From assembly GCF_030144855.1 (NCBI RefSeq), contig NC_082722.1, positions 31,930,001-31,994,000 on the forward strand: 64,000 nt of DNA, read 5' to 3'. Source of the DNA: Hypanus sabinus (lineage: Eukaryota). The notes under the pieces are model-generated. The model did not search any database. It saw only the letters and a list, made by a program, of their open reading frames with translations, and was not told where the DNA came from. Shown piece after piece: positions 25,586-38,330 of this stretch (its first letter is position 1; each line of letters begins with the position of its first letter). A program made the position numbers and the translations under genes.

Positions 25586-26095
25586 CAGTCGGCCCTCCTT
25601 ATCTGAGGGTTCCATATGTGCGGATTGGGAAAGCCCAGAAGTTGAGCACTGTTCGCCTCGCGTCTTGTTTGTTCGCTACTTGTGTTGTGAGCGAGAGGAA
25701 GGAGTTTAAGGCTAGTAAGGGATGGCTGGCTAGCTATGTAAAGTGCTACAGCCTCAAGAACTTAAAGATTACGGGAGAATTGGGATCGACGGATGCTGGG
25801 GCAGCATCAGAGTTCNNNNNNNNNNNNNNNNNNNNNNNNNNNNNNNNNNNNNNNNNNNNNNNNNNNNNNNNNNNNNNNNNNNNNNNNNNNNNNNNNNNNN
25901 NNNNNNNNNNNNNNNNNNNNNNNNNNNNNNNNNNNNNNNNNNNNNNNNNNNNNNNNNNNNNNNNNNNNNNNNNNNNNNNNNNNNNNNNNNNNNNNNNNNN
26001 NNNNNNNNNNNNNNNNNNNNNNNNNNNNNNNNNNNNNNNNNNNNNNNNGCAGGAGGTCCCAGAACCAATCCCCCACTGATGAGGAGGGCCGACTG
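25586..26095. mobile_element. Tigger/pogo-type element containing an assembly gap
   Basis: TA-cagtcggccctccttatc ... gaggagggccgactg-TA; transposase remnant EFKASKGWLASYVKCYSLKNLKITGE. Confidence 0.8.
25816..26048. other. Assembly gap (N run)
   Basis: Run of n. Confidence 1.
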
Positions 26096-26113
26096 TATTT
26101 CTGAATTGTGGTA

Positions 26114-26917
26114 CAGGTAGTCCCCGAGTTACGAACGTCCGACTTACGGACAACTCGTTCTTAGAAACCGAGGAAAGAGAACACAGTCGGCCATTTTAAG
26201 TCGTTGCCATTGACACTGTGTTGAGTGTGTAACTTTCTATTTGGCTTAAATTTTTCTTAGTAAGATTCACCCTGACCCTGCTCCCCTGACGTCATTAAAA
26301 AAAGAACACTGCCACCTCCAGTTTAAATTCCCACGCGGAATATTGTGGAGGATCAAATATTCAAACCCAGCACAGCCCCCACTTGTCCCATTTAACCTGT
26401 CTCAGTGCGGTGCAGTTTAGCACCCGGGCAATTAAGTGCTGTGGTCCTTAGGACCCAGTGGACCTCAGGAGCCGGCGCAGGTCGGGACCCGCCACCTGCA
26501 GTGTTTCTGTTCCATCGATGGGAAGCGATCATGATTGAAAATAAAGTGGAAATAATAAAGCGTTTGGAAAGAGATGAAATGCCATCAGTCATTGGAAAAG
26601 CATTAGGCTACAGTCGGTCAACGATTGGAACAATTTTAAAGGATAACGGATAAAGTGAGAATAATGGAGCATGTGAAAGGCCTTGCCCCGTAAAAGCTAC
26701 AATTATTACTAAGCAACGCAGTGGTTTAATTATTGGAATACATAGTTTCTTAAGTGTTTTATATGCATAAAAAGGCAAAATATATACTATATACTCAGAC
26801 AAACGTTTGATGAACTGACGCTAAATAATACTGGATGTACTTGTTCCGACTTACGTACAAATCCGACTTAAAGACGGACTCAGGAACAGAACTCATACGT
26901 AACCCAGGGACAGCCTG
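26114..26917 (+). mobile_element. Tigger-type non-autonomous element (second family)
   Basis: TA-caggtagtccccgagttacg ... cgtaacccagggacagcctg-TA; psq-HTH remnant MIENKVEIIKRLERDEMPSVIGKALGYSRSTIGTILKD. Confidence 0.85.
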
Positions 26918-26919
26918 TA

Positions 26920-29900
26920 ATTTCTGGATTGCTGCTCATGCCAAATGCCAGTGAGAATAGAAACAGGATGATATGGCAAATTAATGTGTAGCTGAGAAGC
27001 TGGTGCAGAGGGCAAGGCTTCGGGTTTTTGGATCATTGGGATCTTTTCTGTGGGAGGTACGACCTGTTCAAAAGGGACGGGTTGCACCTGAACCCGAGGG
27101 GGACAATATTCTTGCGGGCAAGTTTGTTAGAGCTATTAAGCAAAGATAGGGTGCAGTTAGACTGTCAGGAAGGGCAGGCAGATGATAGAACATAATTGCA
27201 GCCAACATGGTGAGTATCAGTGCAATAGTGATGCAGAGTCATAAAGGGTAGCAAATGCAGCACTCAAAGTGTTATATTTCAATGCACAGTGTATAAGAAA
27301 TAAGGTGGATGATCTTGTTGCACTATTACAGATAGTCAGGTACGATGTTGTGGCCATCACTGAATTGTGGCTGAAGGATGGTTGTAGTTGGGAGCTGAAT
27401 GTCCGAGGTTACATGCTGTATCTGAGGGATAGTAAGGTTGGCAGAGGGGTGGCATAGTTCTGTTGGTAAATAATGGCATCAAATCAGTAGAAAGATGTGA
27501 CATAGGATTGGAAAATGTTGAATCCTTGTGGATTGAGTTAAGAAACTGCAAGGGTAAAAGGACCGATGGTAGTTATATACAGGCCTTAAACAGCAGCTGC
27601 GATGTGGACGGAAGATTTCAACAGGAAATAGAAAAGGCGTGTCAAAAGGGCAATGTTATGATAGTCATGGGAGATTTCAAAATGTAGGTCGATTGGGAAA
27701 ATCAGGTTAGAATGGATCTCAAAAAGAGAGTGAGTTTGTTCAATGCCTATGAGATGGCTTTTTATAGCAGTTTAATGTTAAGCCTATACTGGTGGATCAG
27801 CTATACTGGATTGTGTGTTATGTAATGAACCAGAGGTGATTAGGGAGCTTAAGGTAAAAGAACCCTTAGGAGACAGCGATCACAATATGAGTGAGTTCAA
27901 CTTTAAATTTGATAGGGAGAAAGTAAAGTCTGACGTAGCAGTATTTCTGTGGAATAAAAGAAATTATAGCGGTATGAGAGGAGCTGGCCAAAGTAAATTG
28001 GAAGGAGATGCTGGCAGGGATGACAGCAGAGCAGCAATGGAATGAGTTTCTTGGAAAAATGAGGAAAGTGCGGGATAGATGTATTCTAAACATAAAGCGA
28101 TACTGAAATGGCACAATAGTACAACCGTGGCTGACGAAGTCAAAGTTAATATAAATCAGAAGAGAGGGCATACAACAAAACAAAAATTAGTGGGAAGACA
28201 AGAGTGTTGGGAAGCTCTTAAAGCCCTACAGAGAGCAACTAAAAGAATCATTAGAGGGAAAAGATGAAATATGAAAGCAAGCTAGCAAACAATATCAAAG
28301 TGGACAGTAAAAGCTTTTTCAAGTATGTAAAAAATAAAAGAGAGATGAGAATGGATATAGTACCGCTAGAAAATGAGACCACAGAAATAATAACAGGGGC
28401 CAAGGAAATGGCAGATGAACAAAATGACTATTTTGCATTAGTCTTCACTGTGGAAGACACTAGCAGCGTGCCAGATATTGAAGGGTGTGAGGGATGAGAA
28501 GTGAGTGCAGTTACTATTACAAGGGAGAAGGTGCTCAAAAAGCTCAGAGACCTGAGGTTACAGAAGTCACCCAGATCAGATGAACTGCACTCTAGGGCTC
28601 TGAAAGAGCTGGTGGTAGAGACTGTGGAGCTATTAGCAATGATCTTTCAAATATTATTGGATTCTGGCATGGTGCCAGAAGACTGGAAAATTGCAAATGT
28701 CACTCCAACCTTTAAGAAAGGAGGAAGGCAGCAGAAAGGAAATTATAGACCAGTTAACCTGACCTCAGTGATTGGGAAGATGTTAGAGTCAATTGTTAAG
28801 GATGAGGTTATGGAGTAGTTGGTGACACAGGACAAAGTCAGCATGGTTCCTTAACTGAAAATCTTGCTTGACAAACCTTTCTGAATTCTTTGAGATTACA
28901 CATGGATAGATAAGGGGAGTGCAGTGGATGTTGTATATTTGGACTATCAGGCCTCTGATAAGGTGCCACACATGAGTCTGCCTACCGGTGCCCAAAGTAT
29001 TACAGTTACTGGCATGGTGAGAGCATTGGCTGATAGGCAGCAAGCAGTGAGTTTGCTGGTTGGCTGCCAGTGACTAGTGGTGTTCCACTGGGGTCGCTAT
29101 TAGAACCACTTTATGCTGTACATCGATGATTTAGATGATGGAATAGATGGCTTTGTTGCCAAGTTTGCAAATGATACGAAGATTGGTGAAGGGGCAGGTA
29201 GTGTTGAGGAAACAGGAAGGCTGCAGAAGGACTTAGACAGATTAGGAGAATGGGCAAGAGAGTGGCAAATGAAATACAATGTTGGAAAATGAATGATCAC
29301 GCATTTTAGTGGAAGAAATAAATGTGCAGACTATTTTCTAAACAGTGAGAAATTCCAAGGAGATGCAAGGGGACTTGGGAGTCCTTGTGCAGAACACCCT
29401 AAAGGTTAACTTGCAAGTAGAGTCAGTGGTGAGGAAGGCAAATGCAATGTTTGCATTCATTTCAAGAGGCCTAGAATACAAGAGCAGGGATATGATGCTG
29501 AGGCTTTATAAGGCACTGGTAATGCCTCACCTTGAGTATTGTCAACAATTCTGAGGTGCTCATCAAAGATGTGCTGGCATTGAAGAGGGTCCAGTGGAGG
29601 TTCACAAAGATGATTCGGGGAAGGAAAGGGTTATCATACAAAGAACGTTTGATAGCTCTGGGTCTGTACTCACTGGAATTGAGAAGGATGAGGAGGATCT
29701 CACTGAAACCTTCCAAATTTTGAAAGGCCTAGACAGAGCAGATTTGGAAAGGATGTTTTCTATGGTGGGGGAGGCTAGGAAAAGATAGCACAATCTCAGG
29801 TTAGAGGGGTGTCCATTTAAAATGGAGATGCAGAGCAGTTTCTTTAGCCAAAGGGTGGTGAATTTGCGCAATTTATTACCACAGGCAGCTGTGGAGGCCA

Positions 29901-30080
29901 AGACGTTGGGTGTATTTAAGGCAGAGTTTGTTAGGTTCTTGATTGGACACGTCTACGGTTACAGAGAGAAGGCTGGAGAGTGGGACTGAGGAAGGGAAAA
30001 AAGATCCGCCATGCTTGAATGGTAGAGCAGACTCAATGGGCCAAATGGCCTAATTCTGCTCCTATGTCTTATGGGCTATC
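26920..30080 (+). mobile_element. Long degenerate CR1 LINE: ORF1 esterase tail, ORF2 APE endonuclease and RT, 3' UTR
   Basis: GFLDHWDLF..RYDLFKRDGLHLNP (SGNH esterase), LYFNAQCIRNK...AITELWL, MGDF, LGDSDHN, PEDWKIANVTPTFKKG, KFANDTK; 3' gggccaaatggcctaattctgctcc. Many stops. Confidence 0.9.
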
Positions 30081-30611
30081 TTATGTATTCATATTTATTG
30101 TGTTTTTTATTAATGTGTTTATCTTATTGTGTTTTCTTTTGTGCTACATTGGATCTGAAGTATCAATTATTCCATTCTCCTTTACACTTGTCTACTGGAA
30201 ATGCCAATAAACAATCTGGAAATCATATAAACAATAACAGAACAAGTCAAAGGGGTAGAATTGCACAAAAATGATCAAACTTGGGGAAATATAAAAAGGA
30301 ACAACAGAATCAGTACATTTCTTTTGCCATCTCTAATCACCAACGATTGTACTCTTAAAATATTACAACAGCTTTTCAAGTCTATAACTGAATTCTTATG
30401 TTAAACTTTAGTGGAACATAAGTTTGAACAGAAATGTATATAAAAATCAGAAAAATCTGTCAAATTTACTCAGCATTCCAGGCAGCACCTGTCTGTTTTG
30501 TGGAGGGAAAAACTGACTTAATGTTTGAGATTCATGAACTTACGTAAGATTGTAATTGTAAAGCAAAAGTTAGATGCTAAAAATCTGGGGGAAAAAATAG
30601 TGAATATAGTA

Positions 30612-31490
30612 CAGTCAGCCCTCCTTATCTGTGAGAGATTGGTTCTGGGAACCATCGCAGATACCAAAAAACGCGGATGCTCATGTCCCTTATTCAACCT
30701 GTCTCAATGCGGTGGAGCTTAGGACCCAGCGGAACCCCAGATCTTATTTAACCTGTCACAGTGCGGTGGACATTAGGACCCAGCGGCAGAACTCTGAATC
30801 CACAGCGTTTCTGTTCACAAAAATAATCACGATTGGGAATAAAGTGGAAATAATAAAGCGATTGGAAAGAGGTGAAATGCCATCGGTCATTGGAAAAGAG
30901 TTAGGCTACATCAGTCAACGATCAGAACGATTTTAAAGGATAAAGTGAGAAAGGCCCTGCCCGATGAAAGCTACAATTATTACTAAGCAGCGCAGTGGTT
31001 TAATTATTGGGTTTTGGGGTTCTGTGTTTTTGATCCTCCACATCAACCCGCCACAGATGGGGAGCACACTCGGAAGTGGTCTGTCACTAGATTGAACTCG
31101 GGAACTTCCCGAGCCCGGCGCCAAAACATACGTTCTTGTGTTCTATTGGTATAGAAAGGTCAAATATAAACCATATACTAAGACAAACATTTGACTAACT
31201 GATGCTAAATAATACCGGATGTACCTGTTCCGACTTACTTAGTAAGAGAACTTCCGATTTTTTTCTATCCCGATNNNNNNNNNNNNNNNNNNNNNNNNNN
31301 NNNNNNNNNNNNNNNNNNNNNNNNNNNNNNNNNNNNNNNNNNNNNNNNNNNNNNNNNNNNNNNNNNNNNNNNNNNNNNNNNNNNNNNNNNNNNNNNNNNN
31401 NNNCATGCTCGAACAACAAGTGCTGGAAGAGCACTTCTGGGTTTTCTCGATTTGCAGTTGGTTGAATTCGCAGAGGAGGACGACTGACTG
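30612..31490 (+). mobile_element. Tigger-type composite element (same family as 9451-10224), containing an assembly gap
   Basis: TA-cagtcagccctccttatc start, the same psq-HTH remnant, and a degenerate right TIR. Confidence 0.8.
31275..31402. other. Assembly gap (N run)
   Basis: Run of n. Confidence 1.
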
Positions 31491-31669
31491 TAGTAACATC
31501 TAAAGTGCTGGAGGAACTGAGTGGATCAGACAGCATCTATAGAGGGTATGCCAGCATCTGGACAGACTGAACGCTCATGACCTGAGATGTCAACTGTCCA
31601 TTTCCCTCCACAAATACAGCCTGACCCATTCATTTCCTCCAGAACTTTGAGTGTTCGAGAGGTTCTGAT

Positions 31670-33742
31670 GACGAGTTTTATGGATGATAGCAGAACAGCA
31701 ATGGCTGCAGTTTCCGGGAGAAATTCAGAAGACAAACAATTGATACAAAGTAGTAGTGCTCTAAAGGCAGAATGGCACAACCGCAGCTGACAACAGAGGT
31801 CAAAAACAATACAAAAGCAAAAGAAAGGGCAAATAGCAGCACACAAAATTAGTGGGCAGTCAGAGGATTGAGAAGCTTTTAAAGACCAACAGAAGACAAC
31901 TAAAAATGCAATAAGGAGGGAAAAGATTGAATATGAAGGTAAGTTAGCTAATAATATCAAAGAGGATACCAAACATTTTCTCAGATATATGACAAGTAAA
32001 AGAGGGATGAGAGTAGATAACAAACTGCAGGAAAATGAAGATAGAGAGGTGGTAATACAGGACAAGGAAATGGCAGGTGAACTAAATAAGTATTTTGCAT
32101 CTGTCTTCACTGCCGAAGACACCAGCATTATGCCGTATGTTCAAGAGTGTCAGGGGGCAGAAGTGCAATTGCTATGACTAGGAAGAAAGTGCTTGGGAAG
32201 CTGAAAGGTCAGAAGATGGATAAGTCACATGGACACAAATGGACTACACCTAGGGTTCTGAAAGAGGTGGCTAGAGAGATCATGGAGACACTGATAATGA
32301 TCTTTCAAGAATCACTAGATTCTGCCATGGTTCCAGAGGAATGAAAAACGGCAAATGATACACCAGTCTTCAAAAAGGGAGGGAAACAGAAAAGAAAGTA
32401 TAGACATTTTAGCCTGACCTCAGTGGTTAGAAACATGTTGGAGTCAATTGTTAAGGATGAGGTCTCAGTGTATTTGGACATACATGATAAAATAAGCCAA
32501 AGTCAACATGGTTTCCTCAAGGAAAAATCTTGCCTGACAAATCTGTTGGAATTCTGTGAGGAAATAGCAAAGATCATTGATAAAGGAGAATTGGTGGTTG
32601 CTGTGCACTTAGGTTTTCAGAAAGCCTTTGACAAGCTGCCACACATGAAGTTACTTTACAAGAGCCCATCGTATTACAGGAAAAATACTAGTATGGACAG
32701 AGGATTGGCTGACTGACAGGAGGCGAAGAGTAGGAATAAAAGGAGCCTTTTCTGGTTGGCTGCTGGTGATTAGTGGTGTTCCACAGGTCAGTGTTGGGAC
32801 CACTTATTTTTACGTCAATGATTTGGATGATGGAATTGATGGCTTTGTGGCCACATTTGCAGACAATATGAAAATAGTTGGAGGGACGGGTAGTGTTGAG
32901 GAAATAGAGAAGCTGCAGAAAAAGATGAGGAGAATGGGCAAAGAAGTGGCAGAATACAGTGTCGGGAAGTGTATGGGGTAATGTAGAGGAACAAAGCATA
33001 GACTATTTCCTAAACAGGCAGAAAATTCAAAACTCCAAAGTGCAAATAAACTTGCGAGTCCCTGTACAGAATTTCCTCAAGGTTAACTTGCAGGTTGAAT
33101 CGGCGATGAGGAAGGCAAATGCTACATTAGCATTCATTTTGTGAGCACTAGAATATAAAAGGATATAACCTTGAGGCTTTATAAAGCACTGGTGAGGCCT
33201 CACTTCGGAGTATCATGAGCAGTTTTGGCCCCTTATCTAATAAAGGATGAGCTGACATTGGAGAGGCTTCAGAGGAGGTTCACGAGAACGATTCTGGGAA
33301 TGAAAGGGATATCGTATGAAGAAGGTTTGATGGCTCTAGGCCTGCACTCACCAGAATTTAGAAGAATGAGGGGGAAACTCAATGAAACTAATCAAATGTT
33401 GAAAGGCCTAGATAAAGTGGATGTGGAGAAGATCTTTCCCGTAGTGAGGGAATCCAGGATCTCAGAATAGAGGGAAATCCATTTAGAACGGAGATGAGGA
33501 GGAATTTCTTGAGCCATGGGGTGGTGAACCTGTAGGATTTGTTGCCTCAAGCGGCCATGGAGGCCAGGTAAGTGGGTGTATTTAAGGTGGAGGTTGATCG
33601 GTTCCTGATTAGTCAGGGCATGAAAGATTGTGGGGAGAAGATAGGAGAATGGGACTGAGAGGCAAAATGGATCAGTCATGAATTGGCAGAACAGACCTGA
33701 TGGGCCAAATGGCCTAATTATGCTCCTATCTCTTATGGTCTT
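31670..33742 (+). mobile_element. 5'-truncated degenerate CR1 LINE
   Basis: ELNKYFASVFT, SQHGFLKEKSCLTNLLEF, SGVPQ, FADNMK, LERLQRRFTR and the same 3' UTR as 26920-30080. Confidence 0.9.
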
Positions 33743-34115
33743 TATCACCCTGAAAGTCGCTGGAATCTGGAATATACCGCCTGAGTTGGTGGTGGGGGCA
33801 GAAGCTCTCACAACATTCTGGCATATCTAGACAAGCACTTACATCCCCAAACCGTCGACCTAGGTGTTGGTAAACAGAATTAGTATCCAAGTATAGACCT
33901 GTTTCTGAAGGGCCTGTTTCAGTACTATATCGCTCCATGACAGCAGTCTTTACATAGCTTTTAGAGAGTTTATATGCCAGTGAAGGTGTAGTGACGTTAA
34001 ATTCAAGCACTGATTACAAAGCTAATACCCATTTACTCCAATTCTTGTTGATCAACGCCAGACAAAACTGAATTTGGTTTGTTTAACTCCTGAAAACTTC
34101 CATATTCACACATAC

Positions 34116-34300
34116 CGGGAGCATCGGATTTTCGGCACCGAGAGTTGCTGCGGGAATTGCGAGACACACCGCTGTGGGCTGCCGACCCCGGGGTGAAGCC
34201 GAGCGTCGAAAGGGCCCTCCAACCTGAACTCCGATCACCGTGAACCCCAAACTCTCCCCGCGGGACGGGGAGCATCGGACGCGCACCCGATGCACATGTG
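34116..34300 (-). other. DUS2: Candidate DUS2 exon 1 (5' end approximate)
   Basis: Donor CCG|gtatgt at the edge of the CpG island; head-to-head DUS2/DDX28 arrangement as in human. Confidence 0.5.
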
Positions 34301-34720
34301 GACGGCGAGAGGTCACTTCCGCCCAACGCTGGCGTCAACGGCCCGCGCCGTCACGGTGGCGGTCGGAGCGCGCGCGCGCGGAGGTCGCGAGCGAGGGAGC
34401 GCGCGCGGGCGCGCGACGCCGACATGCTGGCGCTCGGGTGCAGGTGTGCGCGGATACGGGCGCTGCTGAAGGAGGGCCCCGGGGCGGCGCGGTACTCGGT
34501 CGGAGAAGCCTCCCGACTCCCCGGCGATGACGACGGGCTGCCCGTCATTCGCGTTCCTCGGAGGATGCGGCTGCAGGAGAAGCCGAGGCGGGCGGGGAGC
34601 GAGGCGACGGCGGTCAGGCTGGCTAGGCCCGGGCGCCTGCTTATTGTGGGCAAGCGGCCTCAGCTGAACCAGCACGCCGGCCACATCTTCGGCAAGTTCG
34701 ACCAGGTGCCCCTGGTCTCT
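34130..34720. promoter_or_regulatory. CpG island / bidirectional DUS2-DDX28 promoter
   Basis: Sharp rise in CpG and GC content; ETS plus GC-box CACTTCCGCCC at 34314-34324, CRE-like TGGCGTCA near 34330, (GC)n tracts; no TATA box seen. Confidence 0.8.
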
Positions 34721-36070
34721 AAGGGCTGGAAGCACAGGAAGGCGGCCGGGGATTATTTTGTCATCAACAACACCCGCACCCAGCCGCCCGTCCTGCCGGA
34801 TGAGGAGGCCGAGATCGGGGGAAAGGTGCGGAGCTTCAGTTCGCTGGGGCTGTGTCAAGAACTTGTGGACGCCGTGAGCACAACGGGCATCTCTCGCCCC
34901 ACCATGGTGCAGGCGCATACTATCGCGGCCCTGATGAGAGGGAAGAACGTGCTGTGTGCCGCAGAAACCGGCAGCGGCAAGACTCTGAGCTACCTGCTGC
35001 CTTTAATGCACACCTTAATCTCGGAGAGGGCGGCGACTGAGGCCGACCGTGACGGGCCGCGTGGACTGGTGCTTGTCCCGTCCCGGGAGCTGGCCGACCA
35101 GGTCCGGGGAGTGGCTCGATCACTGGCGAACAACCTGAACCTCAACGTGCACACGATTGGGGGTGGCCGTGGCATTGGCGGCGTGAAACTAACCTTATCC
35201 CAGGGACCGATCGACCTCCTGATATCCACACCTGGAATCCTGTGGAAGGCCTTAAGAAGAGACCTTGTCAGCCTTTATGACTTGAGGTACCTCGTACTGG
35301 ATGAGGCAGACACTCTGTTTGATGAAAGCTTTGTGGGTTTACTGGAGGACATCCTCCACCAGACTCAAATTGCTTCAAATGTCTCAGAAACACATGGGGT
35401 GGAAAGAAAAGCTCAGTTGGTGGTGACAGGGGCGACCTTCCCAGGTGGTGTGGGAGAACTTCTCAGCAAAGTCACTGATTTGGGCAGCATTGCCACCATA
35501 AAGAGCAAGGGGCTTCATTACCTCATGCCACATGTGAGGCAGAAATTTATGAAGGTGAAGCGGACTGATAAACTGTCTGACTTCCTGCAAATGTTGAAGG
35601 AGCTAATTGTGGAAAAGCCCGGCATTGGAATTCTTGTGTTTTGCAACAGTGCAGCAACAGTTAATTGGCTCGGTTACATTTTGGAGGACCATGCTGTCAA
35701 ACATGCCAGGCTGCAGGGAAATATGCAGGCTGAAAAGCGAAGTGGCATCTTTAGTACTTTTCAGCAGGGTCTCATAGATGTACTGCTGTGCACAGACATT
35801 GCATCCAGAGGATTGGACACTCAGAGGGTGGAAATTGTAATTAATTATGATTTCCCTCCAACTCTGTGTGATTATATCCATCGATCTGGGCGGGTGGGAC
35901 GTGTTGGGAGCAAGGTTTTGGGTACTGTCATTAGTTTTGTTACACATCCCTGGGACGTTGAACTGGTGCAGAAAATTGAAACGTCAGCACGCCAGAAAGC
36001 AATACTCCCTGGCTTGGAATCAAAAATCAGCAAATCTGAGAGTAAAAATTACCAGGTTTATGAAAATTGA
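34424..36070 (+). CDS. DDX28: Probable ATP-dependent RNA helicase DDX28 (mitochondrial), intronless, 548 aa
   Basis: Motifs AETGSGKT, PSREL, DEAD, GAT, TDIASRGLD and HRSGRVGR, plus the DDX28-type LVSKGWKHRKAAGDYF. First ATG at 34424 in gccgacATG context; synteny with DUS2. Confidence 0.96.
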   Translation: MLALGCRCARIRALLKEGPGAARYSVGEASRLPGDDDGLPVIRVPRRMRLQEKPRRAGSEATAVRLARPGRLLIVGKRPQLNQHAGHIFGKFDQVPLVSKGWKHRKAAGDYFVINNTRTQPPVLPDEEAEIGGKVRSFSSLGLCQELVDAVSTTGISRPTMVQAHTIAALMRGKNVLCAAETGSGKTLSYLLPLMHTLISERAATEADRDGPRGLVLVPSRELADQVRGVARSLANNLNLNVHTIGGGRGIGGVKLTLSQGPIDLLISTPGILWKALRRDLVSLYDLRYLVLDEADTLFDESFVGLLEDILHQTQIASNVSETHGVERKAQLVVTGATFPGGVGELLSKVTDLGSIATIKSKGLHYLMPHVRQKFMKVKRTDKLSDFLQMLKELIVEKPGIGILVFCNSAATVNWLGYILEDHAVKHARLQGNMQAEKRSGIFSTFQQGLIDVLLCTDIASRGLDTQRVEIVINYDFPPTLCDYIHRSGRVGRVGSKVLGTVISFVTHPWDVELVQKIETSARQKAILPGLESKISKSESKNYQVYEN

Positions 36071-36154
36071 GGTCTTTACACTGGCAGATTCAAGTAATAA
36101 CTGCACCAATATTTGTTAGTTTTTTTGAAGTATGCTGCTTGAGTTGTTTATGAA

Positions 36155-36160
36155 AATAAA
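36155..36160 (+). terminator. Candidate DDX28 polyadenylation signal AATAAA
   Basis: About 85 nt after the stop; further AATAAA motifs near 36494-36540. Confidence 0.5.
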
Positions 36161-37479
36161 CCTGTAATTCTTCACTTCAGAAAGTAAGAAATCATATTCT
36201 TTAAAGTCCTGAAGGTGCAATCCTTTTGAATGAGATGTTAATCATTGGAGTTGGGGGGGGGGGGGTGGTAATACTGCCCTGTCAGTTGCGGCATAATCAG
36301 GTACATAACAATTTTAAAGATGATCAGAGACCAGGTATCCTGATCAATATTGCCTTCCAGTATTGTCATGGCAAAACAATGCCTCTGTACTGGCTGGAGC
36401 TTTATTAACGTTTTACATCAAGCCACAATGGGGCAGATGATGAAAGCTTTCACAGCTTCTGCAATTAAAAAATTAAACCTTATAAAAATGCTTAATAAAT
36501 AAAATGCAGCTGTATCAGGACTTAAGTACAAATAAAAATTATGTAATAAGCAATAGCTAATGTCAGCAGTTTGTTAAACATTAACCCAGTAGTGTAGCAG
36601 TTATTACAACACTTACAGTGCTAGCAATCACTGATCTGGGTTCAATTCTTCTATGAAAATGATAGCATAGGCATTGAAAACAATAAGGCATAGGTTTATG
36701 ATGAAGGTTAGGAACTTAGAGGGGATTTGCAGAAGAATGTTTCACCCAGAGTTTGGATGGAATCTGGAATGCATAGCTTGAGTAGATGGTGGAAACAGGT
36801 ACTCCTAAATAACCACTAGACTGAGACTAGACGGTTACTGGACAGGTACTAAAAAATGAGAATAATATAAGTAGGTACTTCAAAGTTCAAAATACATTTA
36901 TTATCAAATTATGTATATTATATGCAAAATTGGGATTTGTCTCTTTACACCCAGCCACAAAACAAAGTACTTGATGACTAGCCCAGACAGGTTGGGTTGA
37001 AGTGCTTGTTTCCATGTTGTATGACTCTGTAACTCTTATGACTGAAATCTATAATCTGTTGCAGTTAGGGTTTCAGCTTTTCACTTGTGCCTGGAGGTCC
37101 TTCCTCTCTGTAGAAGTGATGGCCACCATGGAAATTCTAACTAAAGGTCATTCCTATTAGCAGTATCTGATCTGTGTCATAAACGGTAACTTTCTGCTTC
37201 CTGCACATTTAACATTTGACATCAGGCAATGGACAGCTAGCTACACAGTCGGTGCTGATAATACTGAGTGACACAAATACTGATAACACGAGTACTAAGT
37301 GACTTCAGGTCAAATATGACAGACTTAGTGGTTTATTCACTCACGAGGGGATTTTTCACAGAATGATTGAGATGTTTTTTTAGAGGCCCCAACTCTGAGC
37401 CATGAAGAAGCAAATCAAAGCGCATTGGGGGCATGCAGCCAGTTTTGACAAAACAAGGCATTCTTTTTTCAGCAGTCCC

Positions 37480-38330
37480 AAGTCATAGAGTTTTGCAGCC
37501 TGGAGAGAGGCCCTTTGGTCCAACTTGTTATTCCCATCCAAGCTGCCTATGTGAACTAGTCCCATTCCCTGCATTTAGTCCATCTCCCTTTAAACCTTTC
37601 CCTACCCATCTAAATAGCTCACTTCATATACCCGCCATCCTCAGTGTGGAAATAGTTGCCCTTCAGACCCCTTTCAAAGCTGTCACATCTCACATTAAAG
37701 TCATGCCCTCTAGTTTTATACCTGAATACACTGGGGAAAGAAAGCTGACCATTCATCTCCATTATGCGCCTCATGATTTTAATAATCTCTATAAGATTGT
37801 GCCTCAACCTCCTACACCGCAGGGAAAAATGTCCCAGCCTTTCTCATCTCTCCTTGTAGCTCAAGACCTCCAGTCCCAGCAAGATCCTTGTGAATATTTA
37901 ATGCCCTCCTTCCAGCTTTCCCATACTCTGGAAACCAGAATTGCTCCAAGTATTGTCTCACCAATGTCTTGTATAGCTGTATCATTATATTGCCTTTTTG
38001 TACTCACTGCCTTGACTGATGAAGGCAAGCATGCCAGATGCCTTCTTCACCAGCTATGTTTTTACTTTCAGAGGTATCTATAGTATCTGTTCTTCAAAAC
38101 TGTCCAGGCCCTATCATTTACCAAGTAGGTACTGCCCTGGTTAAACTCACTAAAGTATAATACCTTGCATTAACTGAGTTAAATTCCATTTGACATTTTC
38201 TGGTCCACTTTCCAAGTCGGTGCAAATCCCTTTTTAAATTAAGGTAACCGTCATTACTGTTTACAATACCACCAGTTTTGCTGTTGTCCTTGAACTTAGT
38301 AGCCATGTTCACAATATTGTCATCCAAGTA
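37480..38330 (-). mobile_element. Old CR1-type LINE 3' fragment
   Basis: KFKDNSKTGGIVNS...LKRDLHRLGKW and KTRGHDF remnants. Confidence 0.7.

Noticed and set aside
25351-26153. ORFs of 89-242 aa containing X runs (likewise 31195-31536)
   Set aside because: Artefacts of reading through N gaps; only short transposase remnants are real.
34298-34423. 590-aa DDX28 ORF starting at GTG 34298
   Set aside because: Non-ATG start in GC-rich promoter/5' UTR sequence. The first ATG (34424) gives a length typical of DDX28.
34313-35229. Long antisense ORFs (up to 201 aa) over DDX28
   Set aside because: Shadow ORFs of GC-rich coding sequence with no recognisable domains.
37433-38083. 216-aa plus-strand ORF (likewise 31526-32128 on the minus strand)
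   Set aside because: Antisense to degenerate CR1 sequence.
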